The notes beneath the pieces were generated by a model, which was not told the origin of the DNA, searched no databases, and saw only the letters and a program-made list of their open reading frames with translations. The translations under genes were made by a program, and so were the position numbers. Shown piece by piece: positions 30,139 through 39,342 of a stretch of 64,000 nt of DNA; positions within the stretch are counted from its first letter, which is position 1; the number at the start of each line of letters is the position of its first letter. Origin of the DNA: an uncultured Alphaproteobacteria bacterium (lineage in GTDB: Bacteria; Pseudomonadota; Alphaproteobacteria; CAAHEQ01; UBA3637); the NCBI GenBank assembly GCA_944392785.1, contig CALXXW010000025.1:43264-107263 (forward strand), read 5' to 3'.

Positions 30139-31030
30139 TAAAATCCAGGCCCCAATCGGTATATTGTGACGGATCATCTCCCCAATTTGCTTTGACCTTT
30201 ACAAATAAAAACAGATGCACGGGTTTGCCAAGCAGGTGTGTCAATTCCTGACGACTGGCTTCTCCCACTTTCTTAATCATAGCGCCGTTTTTACCTAGTA
30301 TGATAGCCTTTTGTCCCGTTCGTTCAACCGTGATGGTCTGTTCAAGGCGAATGGCCTTGTCTGTTTCTTTCCATGCTGTTGTTTGAACTGCCAGCATGTA
30401 GGGTAGCTCTTGCTGTAAATACATAAATAATTTTTCACGTGTCACTTCGGCCGCAAACAGACGATTTGGTAAATCCGAAATCTGATCTTCGGGAAACATC
30501 CAAGGACTTTGAGGGGCCCGATCAATCAGGAATTTTTTTAACTCTTCGATATTTTCACCCGTTGCGGCAGAAATTAAGAAAGTTTCCGTGAAGACTCCCA
30601 GAGTATTTAATTCGGCAATTAAAGGTAATAATTTTTCATAAGCCAATAAGTCAATTTTATTGATTACCAAAGCCGATTTTTGGTGCTGTTTCATCAAATT
30701 TTTGATAATACTTTGCGTATTTTTATCCACGCCTTTAGTCGCATCTACAACCAAAAGGCGCGTATCAGCCTCTTCAGCTTCCGTCCAAGCGCTGGCAACC
30801 ATGGCCCGATCCAGGCGGCGTTCCGGTTTAAAGATACCCGGTGTATCGACCAATACTAATTGCGTGTTCCCTTCTACAAAAATGCCGCGGATGCGTGAAC
30901 GAGTTGTTTGGACTTTAGGGGAAACAATGGATACTTTGGCACCGATGAGTCGATTGATTAAAGTTGACTTGCCGACATTGGGGGCTCCTAAAATGGCGAC
31001 AAAACCAAAATGTTGTAAGAAGTCTGTCAT
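30131..31030 (-). CDS. era: GTPase Era
   Basis: G1 GAPNVGKST, G3 DTPG, G4 NKID, and a C-terminal KH domain. Confidence 0.95.
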   Translation of the reverse strand: MTDFLQHFGFVAILGAPNVGKSTLINRLIGAKVSIVSPKVQTTRSRIRGIFVEGNTQLVLVDTPGIFKPERRLDRAMVASAWTEAEEADTRLLVVDATKGVDKNTQSIIKNLMKQHQKSALVINKIDLLAYEKLLPLIAELNTLGVFTETFLISAATGENIEELKKFLIDRAPQSPWMFPEDQISDLPNRLFAAEVTREKLFMYLQQELPYMLAVQTTAWKETDKAIRLEQTITVERTGQKAIILGKNGAMIKKVGEASRQELTHLLGKPVHLFLFVKVKANWGDDPSQYTDWGLDFNA

Positions 31031-31656
31031 TTTTTGACCTCTTGTAAAATTAAGGCAGCGGCTTTTTGTTCGGCCTGTTTTTTGGAAGAGCCCTCCGCTT
31101 TGACGGTCATTTTTCCGGCCCGTGCTTCAACAGTAAAAATCGGTTGATGGTCAGGCCCGCGGCGTTCAATAAACTGATAAACAGGCAAGCAATGATATTT
31201 TTTTTGACACCATTCTTGCAGTTCGGTTTTGGGGTCTTGAGGGACAACATGTTCGGCTTTAATTAAGGGAAGCCACAAGGGGCGCATAAAGCTTTTGACC
31301 GTCTCTAAACCCGCTTCCAGATATAGGGCTCCTAAAACGGCCTCCATGACATCGGCTAAAATCGAATCATTATGGCGCAGCTCTGTTTCCTGTGTAATTA
31401 AATGCTCGGATAAGTTTAATTGGCGCGCTACATCGGCCAAAGTTTCCATACGAACCAGGGTGACAAAACGTTTTGCCAAAGCGCCTTCTGTTTCCCGCGG
31501 AAAAATCTCTTCCAACAAATCGGCTACGACCAATCCTACCACGCGGTCTCCTAAAAACTCCAAACGTTCATAAGGGGCTGATTTTCCATGATGCGCCAGA
31601 GTCAAGGCTTGTTGTAATCGCTTTTTATTCGTGAAATAAGAATGAATATCTGACAT
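31027..31656 (-). CDS. rnc: Ribonuclease III
   Basis: Start trimmed to MSDIHSYF (TAATG overlap with the lepB stop). ERLEFLGDRV signature and a C-terminal dsRBD. Confidence 0.9.
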   Translation of the reverse strand: MSDIHSYFTNKKRLQQALTLAHHGKSAPYERLEFLGDRVVGLVVADLLEEIFPRETEGALAKRFVTLVRMETLADVARQLNLSEHLITQETELRHNDSILADVMEAVLGALYLEAGLETVKSFMRPLWLPLIKAEHVVPQDPKTELQEWCQKKYHCLPVYQFIERRGPDHQPIFTVEARAGKMTVKAEGSSKKQAEQKAAALILQEVKK

Positions 31657-32411
31657 TAAATAATCTCCTTGAAAAAGCGCTCCAGGCGCAAAGAGTCTCC
31701 CCACTTCCAGAACTGGAAGAACCAACCCTTGCCGTTATTGGAGTAAAAGATAAAACGCGCTTTTCCTTCTAAGGCTTCCAATCCGACAGGGCCAAAGAAA
31801 CGACTATCATATGAATTGTCTCGATTGTCCCCCATCATAAAGAACATACCCTCCGGCACGATAAAAGCATCGGTATTATCCGTTGCCGTGGTATCGGATA
31901 ATTCATAAATAAAGTGTTTGACACCGTTGGGCAGTGTTTCCTCATAGCGCGTATAATGCATCATTCCTTGCTCCGTCATCCAATCCTCTTCCCCGATTTT
32001 TTGCCTGGGAACGAGGATATCATTGATATAAAGACGTCCTTGTTTCATTTGAATGGTATCACCGGGCAAGCCAATAACGCGTTTAATATAATCAGCATTG
32101 GCGTTGGGATCCAAGGGACCTTCGGCCGGCTTTTTGAAAATGACAACATCGCCTCGTTCCGGATTATCCGCCAGCAAGCGCCCTTTGGGAATGATGGGAA
32201 GTGATAAGGGAAACGAGTGTTTGGAATATCCGTAATCATACTTTGTAATGAACAAATAGTCACCGATTAATAATGTCGGCACCATTGAGCTGGAGGGAAT
32301 ATTATAAGGTTCAAACACCAAGGAACGGATGGCTAAAGCAATGAGAATAGCCCAGCCAAAGCCTTTAACTTGAGTCCAAAACCCCTCTTGATGAGACCGC
32401 TTTTTTTGCAT
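31656..32411 (-). CDS. lepB: Signal peptidase I
   Basis: PSSSMVPTL (catalytic Ser), YIKRVIGLPGD, GDNRDNSYDSRF. Confidence 0.9.
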   Translation of the reverse strand: MQKKRSHQEGFWTQVKGFGWAILIALAIRSLVFEPYNIPSSSMVPTLLIGDYLFITKYDYGYSKHSFPLSLPIIPKGRLLADNPERGDVVIFKKPAEGPLDPNANADYIKRVIGLPGDTIQMKQGRLYINDILVPRQKIGEEDWMTEQGMMHYTRYEETLPNGVKHFIYELSDTTATDNTDAFIVPEGMFFMMGDNRDNSYDSRFFGPVGLEALEGKARFIFYSNNGKGWFFQFWKWGDSLRLERFFKEII

Positions 32412-32482
32412 TGAAATAGATACCTTTTTCTGTTATAATAATACCAGTTAACGTGTTATAGCATAGAAAGAAGATTTTGTCC

Positions 32483-33598
32483 ATGTTAAAATTCACACTG
32501 CATCATCACGAGGGAAAAGCGCGTCGAGCCACTTTGGAAACAGCGCATGGTTCTATCCAAACGCCGACATTTATGCCGGTCGGAACGGTTGGGACGGTAA
32601 AGGCTATGATGCCGGAAACTGTCCGTGAGACCGGTGCAGAGATTATTCTGGGCAATACATATCATTTAATGTTGCGTCCGACAGCCGAACGCGTCGCCTC
32701 TTTTGGGGGGCTTCACCGATTCATGAACTGGCCGGGACCGATTCTAACAGACTCAGGCGGGTTTCAGGTCATGAGCTTGGCTGGGCTGCGTAAAATCACG
32801 GAGGAGGGGGTTCGGTTTCAATCTCATATTGATGGTGCAACTTATATGTTATCTCCGGAACGCTCTATGGAAATTCAATATCTTTTAGATGCTGACATTA
32901 CGATGGCTTTTGATGAGTGTATTCCGTATCCGGCTGAAAAAAAAGATGTTAAAAAGTCAATGGAACGTTCGATGCGTTGGGCTAAAAGATCGCGTGAGGC
33001 TTTTCAAGACCGGGACGGTTATGGCCTATTCGGTATTGTGCAAGGCGGTATGTTCCGAGATTTACGTTTACAGTCTGTGCATGATTTGACCCATATAGGG
33101 TTTGATGGTTATGCCATCGGTGGTTTAGCCGTTGGTGAGGGACAAGACATTATGTTTCAGGTTTTGGATTATACCGCTGCGGCTCTACCGGAAAAATCGC
33201 CCAGATATCTGATGGGAGTTGGGCGTCCCAGTGATATCGTTGGCGCTGTTTTACGCGGTGTTGATATGTTTGATTGTGTCATGCCGTCACGTTCGGGGCG
33301 AACAGGGCGAGCTTTTACCAGTCATGGTGTGCTGAATATACGTAATGCGTGCCATATAGATGATCATCGTCCTTTAGATATGGCTTGCTCATGTCCGGCA
33401 TGTCGTCATTATACGCGTGGGTATATCCACCATTTATTTCGAGCCGGAGAAATTTTAGGCAGCATGTTATTGACGACGCATAACATTTGGTTTTATCAAG
33501 ATTTGATGAAGCAAATTCGATGTGCCATCGAAGAACATCGTTTTCAAGATTTTCATGATCAGTTTATGGAGCAATATGCTCATGATAGCAAAATGTAA
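32483..33598 (+). CDS. tgt: Queuine tRNA-ribosyltransferase
   Basis: First ATG is [30 protein letters not shown] and the zinc site CSCPAC...H. Confidence 0.95.
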   Translation: MLKFTLHHHEGKARRATLETAHGSIQTPTFMPVGTVGTVKAMMPETVRETGAEIILGNTYHLMLRPTAERVASFGGLHRFMNWPGPILTDSGGFQVMSLAGLRKITEEGVRFQSHIDGATYMLSPERSMEIQYLLDADITMAFDECIPYPAEKKDVKKSMERSMRWAKRSREAFQDRDGYGLFGIVQGGMFRDLRLQSVHDLTHIGFDGYAIGGLAVGEGQDIMFQVLDYTAAALPEKSPRYLMGVGRPSDIVGAVLRGVDMFDCVMPSRSGRTGRAFTSHGVLNIRNACHIDDHRPLDMACSCPACRHYTRGYIHHLFRAGEILGSMLLTTHNIWFYQDLMKQIRCAIEEHRFQDFHDQFMEQYAHDSKM

Positions 33599-34097
33599 AG
33601 AACCGCGGGAATATCAGCGCCGCACGTATGAAGGGTTAGGGCGATTGACCAAGGAAGTTAAAAACGTTATTCGCCCGGTTTTGGGAGCACGAGGCTTTTC
33701 GGGTGTTGATATTTTGGAAAATTGGGTAGAGATTTTAGGGGCGGATTTATCTCAGGGCATTATTCCGGAAAAATTGACTTTTGAAAAAGAAGGACGCACA
33801 TACGGCACGCTGCATGTTAAAAGCGCCGGAGGAGCTTTTGCCATGTTGTTTGAGCATCAGAAAGCGCGGGTCATTCAACGAATTAATACATACTTTGGGT
33901 ATCCGGCTGTTTCTCAAATTCGCATTGAGCAGGGACAGTTAAGGTTGAAACGGCCTCAGCCGGTTGTGTCATCGGCTTCTTTAAGCGCAGCGGAAGAGGC
34001 AGAGCTTTTATCTCAAGTGGCTTTTATTGAAGATGACAACCTGCGTACCCGCACGTATGAGATTGGCAAAACGCTTTTGCAAAAGAGTAAGAAATAG
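33582..34097 (+). CDS. DUF721 (DciA-like) protein
   Basis: [13 protein letters not shown]...[28 protein letters not shown] pattern. The start is uncertain (33576/33582) and overlaps the tgt 3' end. Confidence 0.6.
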   Translation: MIAKCKEPREYQRRTYEGLGRLTKEVKNVIRPVLGARGFSGVDILENWVEILGADLSQGIIPEKLTFEKEGRTYGTLHVKSAGGAFAMLFEHQKARVIQRINTYFGYPAVSQIRIEQGQLRLKRPQPVVSSASLSAAEEAELLSQVAFIEDDNLRTRTYEIGKTLLQKSKK

Positions 34098-34143
34098 TGT
34101 TCAAGTCGTCAGTCAACGAGTATCGGCAGAAGGATATATCGGA

Positions 34144-34779
34144 CTAGTATTGGCGCATTAAGCCGACCAAAACACCCTGAATTTCAATACGATCAGCATC
34201 AAAAATACGTGTTTCATAGGCCGGATTGGCAGGTTCTAATGCAATTGTGCGCCCGCGTGTATGCAGACGTTTTAACGTGACTTCATATCCATCGACTAAG
34301 GCGACGACAATGGAGCCGTCAGGAGCCCCGTGCGTGCGGCGAATAACGACGGTGTCACCATCCATAATACCGGCGTCTTTCATGGAGTCTCCTTCAACAA
34401 TAAGGGCGTAGTGTTCTCCGACACCTGTCATTTGAGGAGGCACAAAAACGGTCTCATTTTGTGCTACCGCCTCAATAGGAAGCCCGGCGGCGATTTTTCC
34501 ATATAGAGGAATTTCATAGGAAGTATCGTGACAAACCGGTTGCATAAAGGAAGGTTTTTGCGCCGGTAGAATGGTATATGTGACCTCTATCGCACGAGCT
34601 TTATTGGGCAATCGCCGGATAGCATGGCGTTTTTCCAAAGCATCGACCAACCGATGGATTCCCGATTTGGATTTGAGTCCCATATGATCACGCATTTCAT
34701 CGAAAGAGGGGGAATATCCGCGACTTTTAATGGTATCATCAATGAATAATAAGAGGTCGTGTTGTTTTTTTGTCAGCAT
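34144..34779 (-). CDS. lexA: LexA repressor
   Basis: MLTKKQHDLLLFI...GYSPSFDEM wHTH, AG cleavage site (KIAAGLPIEA), and S24 motifs GDSMKDAGI and VTLKRL. Confidence 0.9.
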   Translation of the reverse strand: MLTKKQHDLLLFIDDTIKSRGYSPSFDEMRDHMGLKSKSGIHRLVDALEKRHAIRRLPNKARAIEVTYTILPAQKPSFMQPVCHDTSYEIPLYGKIAAGLPIEAVAQNETVFVPPQMTGVGEHYALIVEGDSMKDAGIMDGDTVVIRRTHGAPDGSIVVALVDGYEVTLKRLHTRGRTIALEPANPAYETRIFDADRIEIQGVLVGLMRQY

Positions 34780-34795
34780 GGATTCCTTCCTTGAT

Positions 34796-34810
34796 ATTCT
34801 CGTTTTGTTC
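34796..34810. promoter_or_regulatory. LexA autoregulatory box (one mismatch)
   Basis: The minus strand reads GAAC-aaaacga-GAAT. It starts 2 nt after the candidate -10 of lexA. Confidence 0.5.
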
Positions 34811-34812
34811 TC

Positions 34813-34841
34813 ATTTTAACAACTATTAGATGTGGAGTCAA
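34813..34841 (-). promoter_or_regulatory. lexA promoter candidate
   Basis: Minus strand: TTGACT, a 17-nt spacer, TAAAAT. Confidence 0.45.
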
Positions 34842-34908
34842 GGCTTTATTGAAAAATAATTAAAAAACAATATATCCTTTTGAAAAAACATAAAAAAAAT
34901 CATCATTG

Positions 34909-34937
34909 TTGACGAAAAAACGAAAGAACGTTATACT
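34909..34937 (+). promoter_or_regulatory. nadK promoter candidate
   Basis: TTGACG, a 17-nt spacer, TATACT. Confidence 0.45.
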
Positions 34938-34981
34938 GTATTTAACAAGAAATCAAGATGAAGTTGAGGAGAAGTTAGTTC

Positions 34982-35872
34982 GTGCAGCTAAAACCACATT
35001 TCATGGCCTCAAATACGGCGGATGCGCAGAAAGCTAAAGCCATTTTGGAATCAAAATACGGCCGTCATCCTTTGGCTAAAGCCAATGTTGTCGTGGCTTT
35101 GGGAGGGGATGGCTTTATGTTGGATGCTTTGAAAAAAGTGATGGGAAAGGGCGTTCCTCTGTATGGGTTGAATTTCGGGACTTTGGGTTTTTTGATGAAC
35201 CAAGTGGAGGCGCCGGCGAAGCGGGTGGATTATTATTTATCCGAGAAGTTAAATGGGGCTTTGCTGGAAAGCTTGACACCTTTAGTTATGCAGGGAACGC
35301 AAGTTTCCGGAGCTGAATTTGAAGCGCATGCTTTTAATGATATTGTGGCTCAGCGTCAACGATTTCAACAATGCCAAATCAAGTTTGCCATTCGGGATAG
35401 GGTCAGCCATGAGCATTTGGTGGGCGGATTAGTGATTGGTGATGGTTTGTTGGTTTCGACACCTGCCGGCTCTACAGGTTATTACGCCAAGGCCGGTGGC
35501 GGTGGGTTGTATTTGAATATGGACTCATTAGGTGTTTTGTCAATTTGTGCTGAAACGTATTTAACCAGTGGAGAGCGAGAAAGACCCGAACAGTTAGAAC
35601 GTCACTTTAATCAAATTATTCCCAATCATATGCAGGTTTCTTTGACGGTGCAAGATGAAAAGAAGCGTCCGGTTTGTGTCGTAGCCGATAACCGAGCCGT
35701 TCGGAATGTCAGGACCTGTGAAGTTTTTACAGATCCCGATAAGACCGTTCCCACATTATTTGATGAACACTTTGATCATCGTATTTTTAATCGTCAGCGA
35801 GTTGTTCGTCACCAAGGAAAAGCTCTGGATCAGGAACGCTTACGTCGTCTTCAGAACATTCGAGAGTATTAA
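34982..35872 (+). CDS. nadK: NAD kinase
   Basis: VVALGGDGFMLDA and TPAGSTGYY motifs. The GTG start is at 34982; the alternative ATG is at 35003. Confidence 0.8.
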   Translation: MQLKPHFMASNTADAQKAKAILESKYGRHPLAKANVVVALGGDGFMLDALKKVMGKGVPLYGLNFGTLGFLMNQVEAPAKRVDYYLSEKLNGALLESLTPLVMQGTQVSGAEFEAHAFNDIVAQRQRFQQCQIKFAIRDRVSHEHLVGGLVIGDGLLVSTPAGSTGYYAKAGGGGLYLNMDSLGVLSICAETYLTSGERERPEQLERHFNQIIPNHMQVSLTVQDEKKRPVCVVADNRAVRNVRTCEVFTDPDKTVPTLFDEHFDHRIFNRQRVVRHQGKALDQERLRRLQNIREY

Positions 35873-35947
35873 AAATAGCAAAAGCCGATTATCGGGTAAT
35901 ATCCTTTTGAGGATGAGTCTTTTTTTCTCGGTTCAAAAGAGTTTAGG

Positions 35948-36460
35948 CTATTTTCCTTTGGGCCGATGCGTTGTTGACTGTTCGTTCAGAAGTGTTGTGC
36001 AATACGGACATCTGATGGCGGCCAAAGGAATCGCTGTTGCACAATAGGGACATAATTTGGTTGTGGGTGTGGCAGCCTTTTCCTCTTTTTTTTCTTGAGC
36101 ATCCAGCTTGGCTCGTAGGGTATTAACGGCTTTAATCAGGATGAAAACGGCAAAGGCAACAATTAAAAAGCTGATGACGGCATTGATAAAATTACCCATA
36201 TTCATAGTGACAGCTCCGGCATCCTGTGCTTGTATAAGTGTTTCGTAAGGGCCGGGTTTAGAGCCCTCTTTCAAGACAATAAACAGGTTTTTAAAATCAA
36301 TTTCACCCAACAAAATACCAATCGGCGGCATGATCAAATCTTTTACCAATGAGTCGACAATTTTTCCAAAAGCGGCTCCGATAATGATACCGACAGCCAT
36401 ATCTAATACATTACCGCGCATTGCAAATTTTTTAAACTCTGATAAAATATGTCTAATCAT
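35948..36460 (-). CDS. mscL: Large-conductance mechanosensitive channel MscL with C-terminal CxxC-x14-CxxC zinc-ribbon extension
   Basis: [40 protein letters not shown] is a canonical MscL N-terminus. There is an extra tail, [24 protein letters not shown]. Confidence 0.9.
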   Translation of the reverse strand: MIRHILSEFKKFAMRGNVLDMAVGIIIGAAFGKIVDSLVKDLIMPPIGILLGEIDFKNLFIVLKEGSKPGPYETLIQAQDAGAVTMNMGNFINAVISFLIVAFAVFILIKAVNTLRAKLDAQEKKEEKAATPTTKLCPYCATAIPLAAIRCPYCTTLLNEQSTTHRPKGK

Positions 36461-36697
36461 ATAAACCTCTTTATTTTTCTTATATTAAGTATCCATCCGT
36501 TATTTAAGGAAAAATAACGGTCAAAGTCAACCTTGTTTTCTGTTCCAATCAACGAAAGTTTGGTGACAGTCTTCTGGCTGTTCGACACGATGCCGGTGGG
36601 TATCATCATAACTTTCGGCTTCCTCTTTCTGTGCCGTTCTGAACGGATATGCAAGGGGACGACGGATGACCCCGGCGAATACCGAATCTTGAGAAGA

Positions 36698-39193
36698 TTA
36701 GAAATTATATCTGATATTTAAAGTACCCGCATTGTTGTCATAGTCTGACTTAAATACACCATCATAGCGTAAAGAAAGTTGAACTTTCCGAGCGATATTC
36801 AGTGTCAGACTGGCCTGAACCTCAACGCCGAAGGGGTCGGTTTCCTCCTGCATAACGGTATAAGTTGCCCCCAGCGGGATTGTCACACGACGATCGCCAT
36901 CCTCCGGCTGTAAGATATCATAAGTAGCCGCGCCCCCGATTGTTCCGCGTAAACTTGAATAACGGGACAAAGGTAATTCAACATCATATTTGGCACCCAA
37001 TAAAGCCGTCAGCACGTTTGATGTGACACCTTCCACTTCCTGTCCGGCAGAATCGGTGTATTTCTTTTCATCAATGCGATAATAGCGCAAGCTTCCATAA
37101 GGCATGACATCTCCGGTGTAAAGTTTCATCAGCTGAATATGACCTAAATTAATTCCATAACTGGTTTGTAAAGCGATGGTATTGACATCATACTCAGCTT
37201 CCAGAGGAATGGTGGGGAAATGTTTGTCTTCCGTATATTGAGACATGCTATAGCTGGCTATTAAGTTCCAGAACTTTCTTCCCGTATCATATTCCATATA
37301 TCCGATAATAGAGTGCGTATCAATATCAATATCTTTGGCTCCTGAATTCAAATTAGCCTCAGATTTCGTATATCCGTAGCCCAACCCGGCGCGTAAAGAA
37401 CGCCGCAAATAGTTATCAAATCCGATGATAAGTGTCTTATCATTTGTCTCAAAGCCATAATCGCTGTCGAAAGAACCGTCCCCATAGGAGGCTTGAGCCC
37501 ATAACGTGTTGGCATAATTTGGTTCACGCTTGATATATTGCCCGGCACGACTGCGTTTATAGCCGGTCGTGTGGGTTAAGCGATCACTCACCATATTGAA
37601 GATTTGACGATTAATAGCCATGGAAACAACGGGTGCCACCGGCGCCACGTTTGGTTCAAGAGCTTCTGCCGCTTTATGCAAGGCAGCATAGTCCGGATTA
37701 TCAATCGCTAAATCCTGCAGAATGTCCGCAATTTGGTCTTGCAAAGAACCTTCCGGGAAATCGTTATCTCCCAGCCAGATATCGACACCGTTTTCCAATT
37801 CCGGAGCAATATCGTACCAAATGGCGTGGATATAAAGCTGCTTATCGGCACCAAAATAGGCTCGATAACGACGCCCTACACGCCAGTTAAGGGTGGCCCC
37901 TTGATCTCCTGTTGTATCGACAAGTCCGGTCCCTGCCGTTTCATTCAAATCGATAACGCCGGCACTGGTATCACCAAAAATGCTGAAAGAAATGGTATTT
38001 CCTTTTGAAACAAGATTATTTCCCACGCGAATATCAATATCCGTGTTGTTTGTTTTACTTAAATCAATGCTGTTTGCTTCAATTGTGGTATATGTTGTGG
38101 CATTTTCCAAATAAATTGATAACTGTCCGCCGGCAGACATAGTGAAATCATCGGCCTGCATGGAATAACTACCCAAATTCAAAGTTGCGCCACTGTTGAC
38201 GGTGACGTTGGTGGTTTTATCAACACCAAAGACATCATTGACACCGACAAGCAACGTTCCTCCGTTAATGTTGACCGCCGTTGCATTATTGATACCGGCC
38301 GTTAAGGCAACGGTTCCGCTGTATCCGCTGTTTCCACCTGCTGTGGCACCGTTAATGTTAACGGAATAGGTGTTTGTGTTGGTATTTAATCCATCAATAC
38401 CGCCGGTTATCCCCAGCAGACGTCCATCGGCAGCATTCAGCGTAAGCACCGAGTCGCGAGCGACCACAGCGCCATTGACCGAGACGCCTCCCATCTGGAT
38501 ATCATTCCCACCGGCGGAAGCTTCATTTCCAATAAAGACCACATCTTCATTTTCGGCGTTAATGGTCAAGTCACCGGCCGAATAAATAGCACCGCCGCCA
38601 TAAGAACCGGTTTGGGTTGTTCCCAAGGCTTTGTTGTAGCCAAAGCTGGTATCCGTAATGACCAAGCTTTCCGAGGCCGAGTAGATGGCACCACCGGCAC
38701 CGGTTGCTTCGTTATATGAAAATATCGAGTTATCAATGGTGGAAGGTGTCGCCCCGACCGTAATGGCCAGAGCACCGCCGTGTTTTCCGGCAATGGTATC
38801 CCAGGTGACATCTCCGGTATCCGCATCGACACTGGGTTGGTACCCGGCACGGTTGTAGGAAAAAGTTGAATCCGAAATATCCAGATAGCCATTTTCTACA
38901 TAAATAACACCACCGTTATAGTCATTTTCAGAGACGTCTGTACCGCCTGTGCCGCTTCCATATGCACCGGCAATGTTGTTGGTAAACGTTGAGCTGCTGA
39001 TAGTCAGACGCGTGCTGCTGTCATCTGGTGTAAATAAATACACCCCGTCTTGAGAATTAGTGACTGTAGAGCCGGCTATGGTTTGTGCTCCTGAAATGAC
39101 ATCAAAAGTATCTTTTGTCTCGGAACGCACCGGTGCGCTTGCTAATATGGTTGACATGAAGAAAAAGGCGGCTGAGAATGTCTTTATGCGCAT
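36698..39193 (-). CDS. Autotransporter adhesin with polymorphic-membrane-protein (PMP) repeats
   Basis: Signal peptide, repeated GGAIY/FxxN units (FSYNEATGAGGAIYS, FGYNKALG...GGGAIYSAG), and a C-terminal ~270-aa beta-barrel ending in F. Confidence 0.85.
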   Translation of the reverse strand: MRIKTFSAAFFFMSTILASAPVRSETKDTFDVISGAQTIAGSTVTNSQDGVYLFTPDDSSTRLTISSSTFTNNIAGAYGSGTGGTDVSENDYNGGVIYVENGYLDISDSTFSYNRAGYQPSVDADTGDVTWDTIAGKHGGALAITVGATPSTIDNSIFSYNEATGAGGAIYSASESLVITDTSFGYNKALGTTQTGSYGGGAIYSAGDLTINAENEDVVFIGNEASAGGNDIQMGGVSVNGAVVARDSVLTLNAADGRLLGITGGIDGLNTNTNTYSVNINGATAGGNSGYSGTVALTAGINNATAVNINGGTLLVGVNDVFGVDKTTNVTVNSGATLNLGSYSMQADDFTMSAGGQLSIYLENATTYTTIEANSIDLSKTNNTDIDIRVGNNLVSKGNTISFSIFGDTSAGVIDLNETAGTGLVDTTGDQGATLNWRVGRRYRAYFGADKQLYIHAIWYDIAPELENGVDIWLGDNDFPEGSLQDQIADILQDLAIDNPDYAALHKAAEALEPNVAPVAPVVSMAINRQIFNMVSDRLTHTTGYKRSRAGQYIKREPNYANTLWAQASYGDGSFDSDYGFETNDKTLIIGFDNYLRRSLRAGLGYGYTKSEANLNSGAKDIDIDTHSIIGYMEYDTGRKFWNLIASYSMSQYTEDKHFPTIPLEAEYDVNTIALQTSYGINLGHIQLMKLYTGDVMPYGSLRYYRIDEKKYTDSAGQEVEGVTSNVLTALLGAKYDVELPLSRYSSLRGTIGGAATYDILQPEDGDRRVTIPLGATYTVMQEETDPFGVEVQASLTLNIARKVQLSLRYDGVFKSDYDNNAGTLNIRYNF

Positions 39194-39236
39194 ATGAACT
39201 CCTGTTCTTTGTTAGGTCAATACACTGATTGTCCAT

Positions 39237-39265
39237 CTTTTACTCTTTTTTCCCCTTCCTGTCAA
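39237..39265 (-). promoter_or_regulatory. Promoter candidate for the 36698-39193 autotransporter
   Basis: Minus strand: TTGACA, a 17-nt spacer, TAAAAG. Confidence 0.35.
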
Positions 39266-39281
39266 TCTCTTTTTTTACAGA

Positions 39282-39311
39282 AAAACCGCTCCTTTTTGCT
39301 GGGGCGGTTTT
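39282..39311 (-). terminator. Hairpin after the upstream autotransporter gene
   Basis: AAAACCGC-14 nt-GCGGTTTT, 32 nt downstream of the stop at 39343. The T-run is part of the stem, so the call is weak. Confidence 0.35.
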
Positions 39312-39342
39312 CTGTTTTTGTCGTTGATATTATTCGCGGACA

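Noticed and set aside
34934-34949. E. coli-type SOS box look-alike TACTGTATTTAACAAG in the lexA/nadK intergenic region
   Set aside because: Only the left half matches CTGT-N8-ACAG, and it coincides with the nadK -10 (TATACT). The GAAC-N7-GAAY motif next to lexA fits the taxonomic context better.
36457-36721. Two short ORFs (65 and 62 aa) in the gap between the autotransporter and mscL
   Set aside because: They overlap each other on opposite strands and have no RBS. The region more plausibly holds the mscL promoter and a 9-bp hairpin (36497-36520).
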